A stretch of 64,000 bases of DNA from Prolixibacteraceae bacterium (GCA_003516705.1 DPCJ01000116.1:45781-109780), one strand, 5' to 3'; counted from the first letter of the stretch, positions 50,025 to 60,574 are shown. Notes: generated from the sequence alone by a model not told the origin. Numbers and translations: made by a program.

Positions 50025-50213
50025 TTATACCTTTTTTTCTTTCGGAACTTTTAACCCTTCATGACGAGCTTCGCTTATTCCGATAGCGATTGCCTGGTTG
50101 CGGTTTTTCACAATTCCACCTGCTCCGTTCTTACCCGATTTTAACACTCCTTGTTTAAATTCCTGCATCACCTCTTCTATTTTCTCCTGTGCTTTTTTTG
50201 AATATTTAGCCAT
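50025..50213 (-). CDS. DUF6496-like small basic protein
   Basis: KIEEVMQEFKQGVLKSG...QAIAIGISEAR. Confidence 0.78.
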   Translation of the reverse strand: MAKYSKKAQEKIEEVMQEFKQGVLKSGKNGAGGIVKNRNQAIAIGISEARHEGLKVPKEKKV

Positions 50214-50224
50214 AATTGTTGTAC

Positions 50225-50428
50225 TTATAAGTAGTTTCTGAGTGCCAGTGTATCGTTCTTTCTGGTTTCACGAATCACTGAACCGGCGCTGTTTGTATCG
50301 GTGGGTTCAGGTGGTATATCCTGAGATATACCACTGGTTATTTGATTATTTACTTCCTTTTCGGCTGACAATTGACTGAGCGGATTGTAAGTCAGCTGAC
50401 TGTTTTGATTGCGATCGTTCATTTTCAT
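50225..50428 (-). CDS. Hypothetical protein
   Basis: 67-aa ORF filling the gap in a co-oriented operon. Confidence 0.45.
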   Translation of the reverse strand: MKMNDRNQNSQLTYNPLSQLSAEKEVNNQITSGISQDIPPEPTDTNSAGSVIRETRKNDTLALRNYL

Positions 50429-50437
50429 TTTATTGTC

Positions 50438-51220
50438 TTAAAAAGTTATTTCACCAATATTTGTTGAAGCACCCACAACTACAGTTTTTCCTGTTAATGT
50501 TACCGGTAAAAGTGGCAGGGGAGGAGTTACTGTAATGTTGTAAACGCCAGCCGGTAATCCTGCAACAAGAAAATCACCATTGGAATTATTGAGTGATGTG
50601 TAAAAGGTAATACCATCAGAAGTTACTGAAATAGCTGCAATTACACCAGCTGTTGTTACGTGCCCCTGTATTGAACCCGATATTGCAATATCAATAGTTC
50701 TTATCACTGGTTTTAGCTGGTATTCACCATTACCTTTTGCAACAATCGATTGATTTGCATCAAAATCGAGCAGAATACTGTAAGAAACACCCGGCTCTAA
50801 AGTCTGATGAACCTGAATTTTTAATCCTGATTGTTCTGCACTTGGTGTGCTGAGCTGATAAACTGTTCCATCAATTGTAACTGAGTTGTTTGATCCTAAA
50901 ATCAACCTGATTTGTGAAATAGTTCCTGGTTCGAGGTCACCGGTTGCAATTAGTGTGTTAAGTCCGTTGGTGAAATCCAGCAGATCATAAATATCGTTAT
51001 TTGTATTCATCATGTATAATGCTCCGCCATTGCCGGTTACTTCAACGCCAATCACATCAATCATCACCGAGTTGTAAACTCCGGGTGCGTCAGTCATCAG
51101 AACCGAAAGGTGTGCCATATCTTTTCCTTTATCGTCGTTGCAAGCGCCTAAAGTGAGAATAAACATGAGAGAAAAAAATCCATTTATAATCCATTGTTTT
51201 TTAATCTGTATTGATTTCAT
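50438..51220 (-). CDS. DUF4382 lipoprotein
   Basis: LGAC lipobox, MTDAPG, TPSAEQSGLK, LDFDA, LKPVIR. Confidence 0.85.
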   Translation of the reverse strand: MKSIQIKKQWIINGFFSLMFILTLGACNDDKGKDMAHLSVLMTDAPGVYNSVMIDVIGVEVTGNGGALYMMNTNNDIYDLLDFTNGLNTLIATGDLEPGTISQIRLILGSNNSVTIDGTVYQLSTPSAEQSGLKIQVHQTLEPGVSYSILLDFDANQSIVAKGNGEYQLKPVIRTIDIAISGSIQGHVTTAGVIAAISVTSDGITFYTSLNNSNGDFLVAGLPAGVYNITVTPPLPLLPVTLTGKTVVVGASTNIGEITF

Positions 51221-51279
51221 AGCATCTAAATTTTATAATTATTTATGTGACAAAGGTGAGGTCATTAAATATGAATTGT

Positions 51280-51317
51280 ATTACAAAATTCCCGCTTTAT
51301 GTTACATCATTCACACA
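51280..51317 (-). promoter_or_regulatory. Island regulon site 15
   Basis: ATTACA-N16-TTACATCATTCACACA; CACCTTTG on - strand at 51251-51258. Confidence 0.88.
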
Positions 51318-51517
51318 TTGAATGGGAAACAAAACGGAGTTAAGTAATATGACGTATTAGCCAGCATCCCCCTTTATCCTCCTCGAGAAATCGTGACAGG
51401 CTCTCAAGGTGAGAATCGCTGTGAATTCAGCCGGAATAAGCTTGTAACAATTACCCCCTTTGAGGTGGCAGGAGGTAAGTAGATGCGACAACATATTATT
51501 CTCATAACTGATGACTA

Positions 51518-52438
51518 CTATTCGATTCTAACTGAATAGGAATTCGGAGTTATTTTATGTCCGTGTGTGTTTGCATACACTTTTGTAAACTCGGCGCCAA
51601 AATAGAGTATGATGGCAGAATAGAACACCCACAAAAAAATTAAAATTACCGAGCCTGTTGCACCATACCAGGTTGCAATTGCCGAACCTCCAAGGTAAGC
51701 GCCCATGCCAAATTTGCCAAGCATAAACAAAAAAGCTGTAAACGATGACCCAATGATACAATCTTTTAAAGCCACTTTCCCGTCGGGCAAAGTTTTGTAA
51801 ATAAGGGTAAATAATAGTGTAACAACAACGAAAATGGTAATCAGGTTAACTACATAAAAAAGATATATGGTATCCATTGCAAAAAATGCTGCCAATCTTA
51901 CATTTAAAATATCCATTAAGGCATTAAATATTAAACCAACCAGCATTAAAAAGCCCATAGAACCAATCATTGAGAACGACATCAGACGATTTACAAGAAA
52001 TTTTATAATTCCGCGTTTGGGTTTTGCCTTAATGCCCCAAATAGAATTGATTGAGGCCTGAATTTCGGTAAATACGCCGGATGCTCCTATCAGCAGAATA
52101 ACTCCACCGATTATAGTAGTGAATAAATTATTACCCGAGAGCTTCACATTTTTTATTACATCCTGTATTTGCATCGCTGAATCGGCTCCCACCAATCCCT
52201 TTATCTGTCCGAATATTTGGCCCTGCACAGCTTCTGTTCCAAAAAAGAATCCCGACAGGCCGATGATGATAATCAGTAACGGAGGCAAAGAAAAAATGGT
52301 CCAAAACGACAATGCTGCACTTAACTTAATCACATCGTCGGCAAAAAATCCTTTTACAGTTTCTTTCAGAAGATAACCGATTTTATGCGCTTTACTTTTT
52401 AATTCCCTGGTTTTTGATATCATTTCTTTTTGTTTCAT
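51518..52438 (-). CDS. YihY/BrkB family membrane protein
   Basis: SAALSFWTIFSLPPLL; YGATGS..LWVFYSAIILYFGAEF. Confidence 0.9.
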   Translation of the reverse strand: MKQKEMISKTRELKSKAHKIGYLLKETVKGFFADDVIKLSAALSFWTIFSLPPLLIIIIGLSGFFFGTEAVQGQIFGQIKGLVGADSAMQIQDVIKNVKLSGNNLFTTIIGGVILLIGASGVFTEIQASINSIWGIKAKPKRGIIKFLVNRLMSFSMIGSMGFLMLVGLIFNALMDILNVRLAAFFAMDTIYLFYVVNLITIFVVVTLLFTLIYKTLPDGKVALKDCIIGSSFTAFLFMLGKFGMGAYLGGSAIATWYGATGSVILIFLWVFYSAIILYFGAEFTKVYANTHGHKITPNSYSVRIE

Positions 52439-54276
52439 TGGTAAGTGACTTTAGCCGGTTTGCCGATTTCAAAATCATTGAAACCGAAATCGGTGGTTTT
52501 AAATGAATTCAGTTTAATAATATTTTTTCCGTTGCCTGGAATGGAGGGATAAAATGCGACCGACAACTGAAATGTATTCATCACGAGATGCAGGTTTTTA
52601 ATTAAAACACCAAACCCAATTTGCGAGTAAACTTTACTGTTTCTAAATCCATTTACATCGTTGGCCAACATACCCAGGGTGATATTAAAAAACGGGCCAA
52701 AACGGAACCCGATAAAATTCCACGGTGCGTACGACTGTGTCTGTAATGTAAGCAAAAGTCGGCTGGTGCCGGAGAGTCCGACACTGTTAAACCCATCGAT
52801 ACCGTAGCCATCTTTCAGGGTTAAACTATCGGTAACGAACATATTTTTACCTGTAATAAACTCCGGCTTTATAAATTGTCTGAATTTCCATTTCCCGACT
52901 TCAATCAAACCGGTAAAATAGTTCATACCTGCTTTAAAAACAGCCTGTTCAGTATGTGATTCATTAATGAAAGTTCCGTATTCGAAGTTGGAGCCAAAAT
53001 ATCCCCACGGATAATAATTACCAAAAGAGATGCGCCCGCCCAAATAGAACCGGCCAATATTGTTTTTATGCTGATAACCGCCGGTAAGACTGAAAACTTT
53101 GCCAACAGGAACATCTTCAGTAATGCCAAAATCGAAAATGTATTTGTCCTGAACGTATTTTCGGGTTGAGATTCCAAAACTTGCCATGTAAAAATTTTCA
53201 TCGGTATAAAAATGCGCAGTATCGTACATCTCAATTGGTTTTTCGGCAAAACGGATGCGTAAAAACCGTGCGGCAGAAATAAAATTGGTTGTACGAATAT
53301 ATTCCGTGTTTCCACTAAATAGTTGAATGGCGCTACCTGCCCAATAATCCTGCACATTAAAATTAATTTTCTGTAGGTCGGGAAAAAGGTTGCCTGTGTA
53401 AACAGAATCGCTGCGAAAATGAGCAAAGTTTACTCCGGCTGCCCATTTTGCAAATGGCGAAAAAAACGGACGGTCGATTGCAAAACTGCGCGCTGAATTT
53501 CCAGATTCGTCGATATTAAAATGAAGGTTCGAATTAATGTATGTATTGCGGATGTTGGGAATATAATAATTTGTGGTGTAAGCAACAGCGCCTTTTTCGT
53601 GGTTCCAGGTCAAATCGTTCTGAAACTCGTGTCCCAGACCAATAAAATTGTTTTCCCTGATTTTTAAATTTATACGCGAATCGGAAACCGAACCTCCGGG
53701 AATAATGCTCCATTTATCGAGTTCGCGGATAAATATATCGACCGAGTCGGAGTTGACTGAAACAGATTTTACGATAAACGATACGTCGCTGACATAACTC
53801 ATACTGCGAACAAGGCGTTCCGATTCTTTTACCAGCAACGAATCGAATGGTTGATTTCTGCGGATAAGTAAAAGGTTTCGAATGGTGATGTTGTGCGATT
53901 CGACGTGTATTTTGTTTCCTGTCTTTGTGATAAAGTTAGGCTGTGATTTTATGGAGTCACCAATAGAGAATCCAAACGGATCGAGGGTTACAATGTTGAT
54001 GTTTCTGATGGTTTTTCCTTCGAAGGTGGAATACGGTTTTTGTATGAGTTTTTTATAGGTTTTCTTTTTGGCATCCTTTTTTGTATCTGGTGAAGCTGGT
54101 TTAAAAAACAATTGGTACATAAATTTGGTAAACTTTCGTTTTACCGAGAACGATTCAATGTGCTGATAAATCAGTGTTGAATCTTTTTTTGCAGGTGTTT
54201 CCTGTGCAAAAGCAAAATCACAAATGGAGATTGAAATAATGACAAGTACAAGAATATTTCTGAACCAGATTTGCAT
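52435..54276 (-). CDS. BamA/TamA-like outer-membrane protein
   Basis: Signal peptide, POTRA-like ESERLVRS, ENNFIGLG, aromatic beta strands. Confidence 0.55.
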   Translation of the reverse strand: MQIWFRNILVLVIISISICDFAFAQETPAKKDSTLIYQHIESFSVKRKFTKFMYQLFFKPASPDTKKDAKKKTYKKLIQKPYSTFEGKTIRNINIVTLDPFGFSIGDSIKSQPNFITKTGNKIHVESHNITIRNLLLIRRNQPFDSLLVKESERLVRSMSYVSDVSFIVKSVSVNSDSVDIFIRELDKWSIIPGGSVSDSRINLKIRENNFIGLGHEFQNDLTWNHEKGAVAYTTNYYIPNIRNTYINSNLHFNIDESGNSARSFAIDRPFFSPFAKWAAGVNFAHFRSDSVYTGNLFPDLQKINFNVQDYWAGSAIQLFSGNTEYIRTTNFISAARFLRIRFAEKPIEMYDTAHFYTDENFYMASFGISTRKYVQDKYIFDFGITEDVPVGKVFSLTGGYQHKNNIGRFYLGGRISFGNYYPWGYFGSNFEYGTFINESHTEQAVFKAGMNYFTGLIEVGKWKFRQFIKPEFITGKNMFVTDSLTLKDGYGIDGFNSVGLSGTSRLLLTLQTQSYAPWNFIGFRFGPFFNITLGMLANDVNGFRNSKVYSQIGFGVLIKNLHLVMNTFQLSVAFYPSIPGNGKNIIKLNSFKTTDFGFNDFEIGKPAKVTYQ

Positions 54277-54297
54277 TTCTCATTTTTGAGTATTGAT

Positions 54298-54335
54298 TAT
54301 CAAGTATCAAGTATCCAGTATCAAGAATCAAGTAT
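54298..54335. repeat. Heptamer tandem repeat (TATCAAG)x5
   Basis: TATCAAG TATCAAG TATCCAG TATCAAG AATCAAG. Confidence 0.8.
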
Positions 54336-54336
54336 G

Positions 54337-55302
54337 TTATTTCTTCTCATCCTCACCTCCAGTTTCAAGCTTGTTTAGCTTTTCATCTTCAATGCGCTTT
54401 TTTTCGGCTTCTTCTTTTGCTTTCTTTTTAAAATATCCTCTGAAAAGAAAATTATGCTTCAACGCCTCCATGTTTTCATTCAGGCCAACACTGCTTTCTT
54501 TCAGATTAACAACAGTTACATCGAGGTTGGTGGCGAGGGTTGTATCTTGTATTAACCTGCCCAATGTTCCTTCGCCGCTGTTTATTTTTGTCATAATTTC
54601 GCCAAGCTGATTTGAAGCTACTTCGGTTTTTGCTACGGTTTTTTGCAGACTCTTCATAAAAGCAAACGCATTTTCCTTGGTAACTTCAATGGTTTCATCC
54701 AGTCCTTCAGAACTCTTTTTGAAATTTCCAATAATCTGATCAATGTTTTCTGCCACAGTAGAATCCTGGATTAACTTACCAAGTGTTCCCCTCCCGTTAT
54801 TGATATCGATCATAATTTCAGCAAGCTGAAGCGTAATAACTTCGGCATTCACCGCGGTTGCCTGCAAACTCACAATAATGTCGTCGGTTTCAACAGGCTC
54901 TTTCGAAAGAATATGTTGTCCGTTTTTTGCCATTGCTGCATCGGTGCTTCCTTGTGTAACAATCAGCACCCTGTCGCCAATAATTCCTTCTGAACCAATG
55001 CCGGCTTTGCTGTCATCTTTAATAAATTGCTGGACCGATTTTTTTATCATCAGGTCAACCTGAACCGTTGAGTCGTTGATAATGATGATATTATCAACAG
55101 TGCCGACTGTAATTCCCGAGAAACGGACATTGTTACCCACCTGTAAGCCGCTTACGTTTAAAAAAGTGGTTGTGATTTTAAAAACCGGGTCGAATAAATG
55201 CTGCTGTTTGCCGATAATAAAAATTGCGATTACAAAAACGGCAATTCCACCGGCTATAAACATGCCCAACCTCGCTTTGAATTTTGGTGTATGATTATCC
55301 AT
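54337..55302 (-). CDS. mlaD: MlaD/MCE family protein (second copy)
   Basis: GLQVGNNVRFSGITVGTV. Confidence 0.88.
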   Translation of the reverse strand: MDNHTPKFKARLGMFIAGGIAVFVIAIFIIGKQQHLFDPVFKITTTFLNVSGLQVGNNVRFSGITVGTVDNIIIINDSTVQVDLMIKKSVQQFIKDDSKAGIGSEGIIGDRVLIVTQGSTDAAMAKNGQHILSKEPVETDDIIVSLQATAVNAEVITLQLAEIMIDINNGRGTLGKLIQDSTVAENIDQIIGNFKKSSEGLDETIEVTKENAFAFMKSLQKTVAKTEVASNQLGEIMTKINSGEGTLGRLIQDTTLATNLDVTVVNLKESSVGLNENMEALKHNFLFRGYFKKKAKEEAEKKRIEDEKLNKLETGGEDEKK

Positions 55303-55313
55303 TGTGTTGAATT

Positions 55314-56108
55314 TTAATTTCTTTCATTTTTCTTTTGTTTTTTGAAAAAGGATGTGATCAACGGGTCGGTTGACTTTTCGAAATCATCGATATCACCTTC
55401 CATATAAACCTCGCCATCTTTTAGCATAATCACCCGGTCGGCAGTGGCACGGGCACATTCAATGTCGTGTGTGATGATGATGGATGAAGTTTTGTACTTT
55501 TTCTGAACCTCATTAATCAGCCAGCTTATTTCATCAGATGTAACCGGGTCGAGCCCAGTTGTAGGTTCGTCGTACAACATTATCATCGGATCGACAACAA
55601 TTGTACGCGCCAGGCTTGCCCGTTTGCGCATTCCGCCTGAAAGTTCAGAGGGCATTTTATTTAATGTGTCGGCCAGTCCCACGTTTTCCAAAACCTCTTT
55701 TATCTTTTCGTCAATTTCTTTTTGTGAAAGGTTTTTTCGGATTCTTTTTAACGGGAATTCGAGATTCTGTTTGATTGTCATCGAATCATAAAGCGCACCG
55801 CTCTGAAAAAGAAAACCAATTTTTTCTCTTAGCGTTGCCAGTTCCTTTCTCTGCATTTCACTAATATTCTCGCCTAAAACTGTAATGGTTCCCTGGTCGG
55901 GGTTTAACAAGCGTACAATACATTTTATAAGCACAGATTTCCCTGAGCCCGATTTCCCAAGCACCACGAGGTTTTCGCCATCAAAAAGCTGTAACGACAG
56001 ATTTTTTAAAACTTTCAGATCAGCAAAACCCTTGCTGAGGTTATTAATTTCAATAACCTGTTGAGGTGTTTTTGCAGTTTTGGCATCAGCCGTTTTTGTG
56101 TTCTCCAT
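55314..56108 (-). CDS. mlaF: MlaF-type ABC ATPase (second copy)
   Basis: GKSGSGKS, LSGGM, DEPTTGLDP. Confidence 0.88.
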   Translation of the reverse strand: MENTKTADAKTAKTPQQVIEINNLSKGFADLKVLKNLSLQLFDGENLVVLGKSGSGKSVLIKCIVRLLNPDQGTITVLGENISEMQRKELATLREKIGFLFQSGALYDSMTIKQNLEFPLKRIRKNLSQKEIDEKIKEVLENVGLADTLNKMPSELSGGMRKRASLARTIVVDPMIMLYDEPTTGLDPVTSDEISWLINEVQKKYKTSSIIITHDIECARATADRVIMLKDGEVYMEGDIDDFEKSTDPLITSFFKKQKKNERN

Positions 56109-56124
56109 GTTTCTATTCTTCAAA

Positions 56125-56976
56125 CTATAAAAGCATATCAGTGATTTGCACTGCAATTAAATCCACAATTATCACAAGCAGCGATGAAAGCACCACTGCC
56201 GAGTTGGCCGCTTTGCCCACGCTCTCGGTACCGCGGCCGGCAGTGTATCCCATGTAACAGCCAACAAAACCGATTACGGCTCCAAAAAAGAATGTTTTAA
56301 TAATGGCAGGAAAGAGATCAATAAAATCGACAACCCGGAATGCCTGTGAAAAGAAGAGCGTGAAAGTCACGTCTCCTTTGATATTTGCACCGGCCCAGCT
56401 TCCTAAAATTCCGAGTGCATCGGCATATAAAACCAACAGCGGAATCATCAGCGTTGCTGCCAAAACCCGTGTAACAACCAGAAAACGAATAGGATTGGTG
56501 GAAGAAACTTCCATGGCATCAATTTGTTCGGTTACTTTCATCGAACCCAGTTCGGCACCCATGCCCGAACCAATTTTCCCGGCACAAATTAATGCCGTAA
56601 TTACCGGCCCCATTTCCCTGATGAGCGATAATGCCACCATTCCGGGAAGTACTGATACTGCTCCAAAATCGACCAAAACAGGTCGCGATTGTATGGTAAG
56701 TACAAGCCCCATAATGAGTCCGGTTACTGAAATCAGTGGTAATGTTTTATTCCCAATCAGATAACATTGGTGAAGGAATTCTTTAAATTCAAACTGGCGC
56801 GAAAACGTTTCTCTTGTAGTAATTAACACAAACAAAAAAAAGTCACCGGCCCCCGAAAAGAAAACATTTGCTTTCTGAGTTTTTTCAATGGTCTTCTCAC
56901 TCAGCTTTATCACATGCTTTTTTACATCGGGCAGTTTTGGGATTTTTTTAATAATCGGACTAATGATTTTTACCAT
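56125..56976 (-). CDS. mlaE: MlaE-type permease (second copy)
   Basis: AELGSMKVTEQIDAMEV. Confidence 0.9.
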   Translation of the reverse strand: MVKIISPIIKKIPKLPDVKKHVIKLSEKTIEKTQKANVFFSGAGDFFLFVLITTRETFSRQFEFKEFLHQCYLIGNKTLPLISVTGLIMGLVLTIQSRPVLVDFGAVSVLPGMVALSLIREMGPVITALICAGKIGSGMGAELGSMKVTEQIDAMEVSSTNPIRFLVVTRVLAATLMIPLLVLYADALGILGSWAGANIKGDVTFTLFFSQAFRVVDFIDLFPAIIKTFFFGAVIGFVGCYMGYTAGRGTESVGKAANSAVVLSSLLVIIVDLIAVQITDMLL

Positions 56977-57059
56977 AAATTATTGAAATTTAACATTTTA
57001 GTCCTGTTATTGTTATTTATTGTCACGAAGTAAAGGTCATAGATATAAACCTGATGTAT

Positions 57060-57097
57060 GTTACATATTTACAGAAATGATTTGCATAATTCACACA
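57060..57097 (-). promoter_or_regulatory. Island regulon site 16 (mlaEFD-2 operon)
   Basis: GTTACA-N16-TTGCATAATTCACACA; GACCTTTA on - strand at 57031-57038. Confidence 0.78.
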
Positions 57098-57195
57098 TTT
57101 CTGGCAATTATACTATCGTACTGTCAATTCGTATTTTAGATGGATTATTGAATTGAAACACCTTCTAAAATTCAACTTTCTGTTATCGGGTGGTG

Positions 57196-58296
57196 TTATT
57201 TTAGTTTCAGTTTTTTAAAAATTGGCGCAATTTTTATGATTGGGGGCATGGTATCGCCCAATAAAAATCCCCACGGTTTAAGCGGTTCCACATTATCAAA
57301 AATAAGTTTTATAATTGCCAGCAGCGGAATGGAAAGAAACATGCCGGGAATACCCCATAATGCGTTACCGGCAATTACAATTATTATCGAAAAAAGTGCA
57401 TTTATTTTTACTTTTGAGGCTACGATTTTAGGAATGATAAAATTGTTATCGACAAACTGAATAATCGAATAAGCAGCAAAAACATAAATCATATACTCGG
57501 GTGATTTGGTAACCAGGGCTACAATCATGTAAAGTGCAACACTGATAACCCCACCAATATATGGGATAATATTGAGCAGTGCCCCGATAATGCCAAGCAG
57601 AATAGCATATTCAATTCCAAGTGCCCACAGTGCAAGTGTATTTAAGGTGGCAACAATTACAAATTCGAAAATCAGCCCGATCAGATATCGTTGAATAACT
57701 ATTTTGGTTTGGGTAACCATTTTACTTACCCGGCTCTGATTGTCATGGCTGAAAAGCTTAAAAATAAAATCGCGTAATAGCGGTTGGTAATACAATATCA
57801 TAAAGACATATACAGGTATTAAAAACAGAATTACCAGTCCGTTCCCAATTACAACCAGTGTTTGTCCGATAGCGGCGCTGCCCCGGTTAATTAACTCCTG
57901 TTTGGCGGTAGCAATCCAGTGGTGTATTTTTTCCGGATCAATATCATACCGAATCGAAGCATCGGCAATGTTTTGGGTAAATATTGAATTGAATTTTTCG
58001 GAAAGGAGAAGCGATGATTCGTTAACCCGTTGTATCTGTTTGATTATAAGCGTACCAAAAGCTGCAATTATTACTGAGGCAATAAGAAAAACAATGGCTA
58101 TGGCAAGAATGCGGTTCATTTTAAACCGGATGAGGTAGTTAACTGCCGGATGCAGAACTATAGCAATTATGGTTGCAAATACAAGCGGAACAACTATGCG
58201 TTGGGTAATATACAGTATGGTTATAAATGCAAATAACCCGATAATAATGAGAGACGATTTAACGTAGATGGGAATCTGACTTTCTCCTTCCTTCAC
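57196..58296 (-). CDS. AI-2E family transporter (second)
   Basis: NIIPYIGG; LWGIPGMFLSIP. Confidence 0.88.
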   Translation of the reverse strand: MKEGESQIPIYVKSSLIIIGLFAFITILYITQRIVVPLVFATIIAIVLHPAVNYLIRFKMNRILAIAIVFLIASVIIAAFGTLIIKQIQRVNESSLLLSEKFNSIFTQNIADASIRYDIDPEKIHHWIATAKQELINRGSAAIGQTLVVIGNGLVILFLIPVYVFMILYYQPLLRDFIFKLFSHDNQSRVSKMVTQTKIVIQRYLIGLIFEFVIVATLNTLALWALGIEYAILLGIIGALLNIIPYIGGVISVALYMIVALVTKSPEYMIYVFAAYSIIQFVDNNFIIPKIVASKVKINALFSIIIVIAGNALWGIPGMFLSIPLLAIIKLIFDNVEPLKPWGFLLGDTMPPIIKIAPIFKKLKLK

Positions 58297-58691
58297 GGTT
58301 TTGAATAATTTGTTTCTGTTTTCCTGAAAATATTTTGAAAAATAAACTTGCCGAATGCTATAATATTATCGGGATGTTGGGCAACAAGATTTGTAATACC
58401 CAACTGCAAAACAGCACCAAACAGCTTTCTGAGATTACTGTCTGACTCCCTGATAACAGCTTTTCGCGAAAGATAACCTGCTGTTAGCCCGATGGCAGCG
58501 CTAATTGCATTATTGGCAAGATAGGGTGATGATTTCATTTCGTTCAGCGTATTTGCAATCAGATTTGCAGGTTTTAAACTTTCTGTGATTAAAAAAAACT
58601 GTTCTCTGAGTTGGATTGCATGAAAAGTTTGTTGTTCTTCCAGTACTTGAATTTCCAGTTTAAGGTCTGCCGATGTTGTTATATTTCCCAT
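58293..58691 (-). CDS. Hypothetical protein (YqjK-like position)
   Basis: 132 aa, translationally coupled to neighbours. Confidence 0.65.
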   Translation of the reverse strand: MGNITTSADLKLEIQVLEEQQTFHAIQLREQFFLITESLKPANLIANTLNEMKSSPYLANNAISAAIGLTAGYLSRKAVIRESDSNLRKLFGAVLQLGITNLVAQHPDNIIAFGKFIFQNIFRKTETNYSKP

Positions 58692-58697
58692 TTCATT

Positions 58698-59045
58698 TTA
58701 TTTAAGCAGTTGTTTTACCAGATTATTGCAGATTTTACGCTTGATTTTTTTATGCATAAAAAAATGTATAAAAAGCCCGGTCACGCCATAAAAAGCCCCA
58801 ACGACAAGAAAGCCATAAAAGAAATTTCCCAAAATTTCACCGAGCCAGAAAGCAAGGCCCATACTAAATAAAAGAATAAAAAGAAAAATGATGATAAGGA
58901 CAATGAAATGAGGAATTAAAGACGAAACCACATCGGCTGTTTTATCAACAGATTTAAGTTTTACCAGTTCAAAGCCAGATTTGCCATAATCGAGAGCGTT
59001 TTCAATCAGCGCTTCAACCTGTTTTATTTTATTTTCCATAACCAA
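58698..59045 (-). CDS. Holin-like/DUF1469 (YqjE-like) two-TM protein
   Basis: ELVKLK followed by two TM helices. Confidence 0.7.
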   Translation of the reverse strand: MVMENKIKQVEALIENALDYGKSGFELVKLKSVDKTADVVSSLIPHFIVLIIIFLFILLFSMGLAFWLGEILGNFFYGFLVVGAFYGVTGLFIHFFMHKKIKRKICNNLVKQLLK

Positions 59046-59317
59046 ATATTTTTGTGTTAAATTTTGTCTGTTGAACTACTGTCAACAGCTTTTAGCCTGT
59101 TGCAGATTGAAAAGACCCCATGAATCTAATTCCCCGTTCAATCAGGTTATTTTTGCCTCCTTCTTTTGCCAGCATACGCTAACTGACATTCGAATTGTAA
59201 CATTTTCAACCTTGTTGATTGTACCGGGGAATTTTTTATCAATTTTCTGTTTTCATCTTCAGGTTTCTAATCCTGTTGTGTAAGCAGTTATGATTTCTTT
59301 ATTATCAAACCAGAGAA

Positions 59318-59584
59318 CTATTCGGTTTTCAACCTGGCTTCTTCGGTGCTGTTCATTTTCTTGTCGGCATAATCTTTAACCTCGTCCTGAACCTTTTCCA
59401 TTTTCCCTTTAAACATTTCAAGTAATTCATCGAACTTGTCTTTTAAATCGCCGGCGTAATCTTCACCTTTCTTCAAAATCCTTCTGCGGGTTTTCGATCC
59501 TTTTGCAGGGGCGAATAAAATTCCAGCCAATGCACCGGCAGCAACACCTGCCAATAATCCTAACACTACTTTTCCTGAACTCAT
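59318..59584 (-). CDS. YtxH domain protein
   Basis: GALAGILFAPAKGSKTRR. Confidence 0.9.
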   Translation of the reverse strand: MSSGKVVLGLLAGVAAGALAGILFAPAKGSKTRRRILKKGEDYAGDLKDKFDELLEMFKGKMEKVQDEVKDYADKKMNSTEEARLKTE

Positions 59585-59694
59585 AATTTTAATTTTTAAT
59601 TGTTTAATTATTCAGCTGAAATAAAGGTCAGCTTTCCCTGGAGAAAGGCGATTCAATGTTTTTGAACGACATAATGCCTTCATCCGTTTTCGCT

Positions 59695-60498
59695 TTATTT
59701 TGATGCGTTGTAATATTTCATGGCTTCGGGCATAAATTGTTTCAGCTTTCTTATCCGTGTTTCGTCAGAAGGGTGGGTGCTTAAAAATTCAGGTGGTTTT
59801 GCGCCGCCAGCCGATGACATTCTTTGCCAGAATGCAATCGCTTCCTGTGGGTTATAACCAGCCATAGCTGCAAAAATTAGTCCGTACTGGTCAGCTTCAG
59901 TTTCCTGTTGCCGCGACCACGGTAACATTGCCCCAACCTCGCTCCCGATGGCATACGATTGCAAAAATAAATCCTGTGTTTGCTGGGGTTTTTGCGACAA
60001 TGCCACTTGTAATGCCACGCCACCCAGTTGCTGCATCATTGCCTTGCTCATTCGTTCGCTGCCATGTTTTGTTATAGCATGTGCAATTTCGTGACCAACC
60101 ACAATTGCCAACCCAGTTTCGTTTTGCGTAATAGGCAATAATCCTGAGTAAACTACCACTTTACCACCAGGCATGCACCAGGCATTCGCTTCTTTACTGT
60201 CAACGGTATTAAATTCCCATTTGTATCCTTCAGTCACCGACTGGTTTCCCTGGCTGCTGTAATATTTTGTAATTGCATTCGAAATGCGCGCCCCAACGCG
60301 GTCAACCATGGCGGCATCCCTGCTGCTACCGGGGTTTAATACTTTATGCTCAGCTAAAAATGTGCTGTACTGGCTAATGGCCATCGCTTGTAACTCTGAT
60401 TCCTGAACAAGGCTCAATTGTTTTCGACCGGTTACTTTATTTAATATGCACCCTGAGAGAATAGTTGCGATAAATACAGAGATGATAATGTTTCTCAT
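59695..60498 (-). CDS. M48 family metallopeptidase lipoprotein
   Basis: LSGC lipobox, NAWCMPGG, HEIAH, ETEAD, FLSTHP. Confidence 0.9.
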   Translation of the reverse strand: MRNIIISVFIATILSGCILNKVTGRKQLSLVQESELQAMAISQYSTFLAEHKVLNPGSSRDAAMVDRVGARISNAITKYYSSQGNQSVTEGYKWEFNTVDSKEANAWCMPGGKVVVYSGLLPITQNETGLAIVVGHEIAHAITKHGSERMSKAMMQQLGGVALQVALSQKPQQTQDLFLQSYAIGSEVGAMLPWSRQQETEADQYGLIFAAMAGYNPQEAIAFWQRMSSAGGAKPPEFLSTHPSDETRIRKLKQFMPEAMKYYNASK

Positions 60499-60545
60499 GA
60501 CTTTAATTTTAAAATGTTAATCATTATTGAATCAGGAAGAGAAGT

Positions 60546-60574
60546 AAAAAATGTGGGCAGAGTGCCCACATTTT
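60546..60574 (-). terminator. Intrinsic terminator
   Basis: AAAATGTGGGCA-GAG-TGCCCACATTTT. Confidence 0.75.

Noticed and set aside
51361-51480. CCCCCTTT...GAGG degenerate palindromic repeat
   Set aside because: Resembles an intergenic repeat family but is too decayed to delimit
59620-59690. Possible regulon site upstream of ytxH
   Set aside because: A -7-like GACCTTTA is present, but the half-sites are too degenerate and out of register
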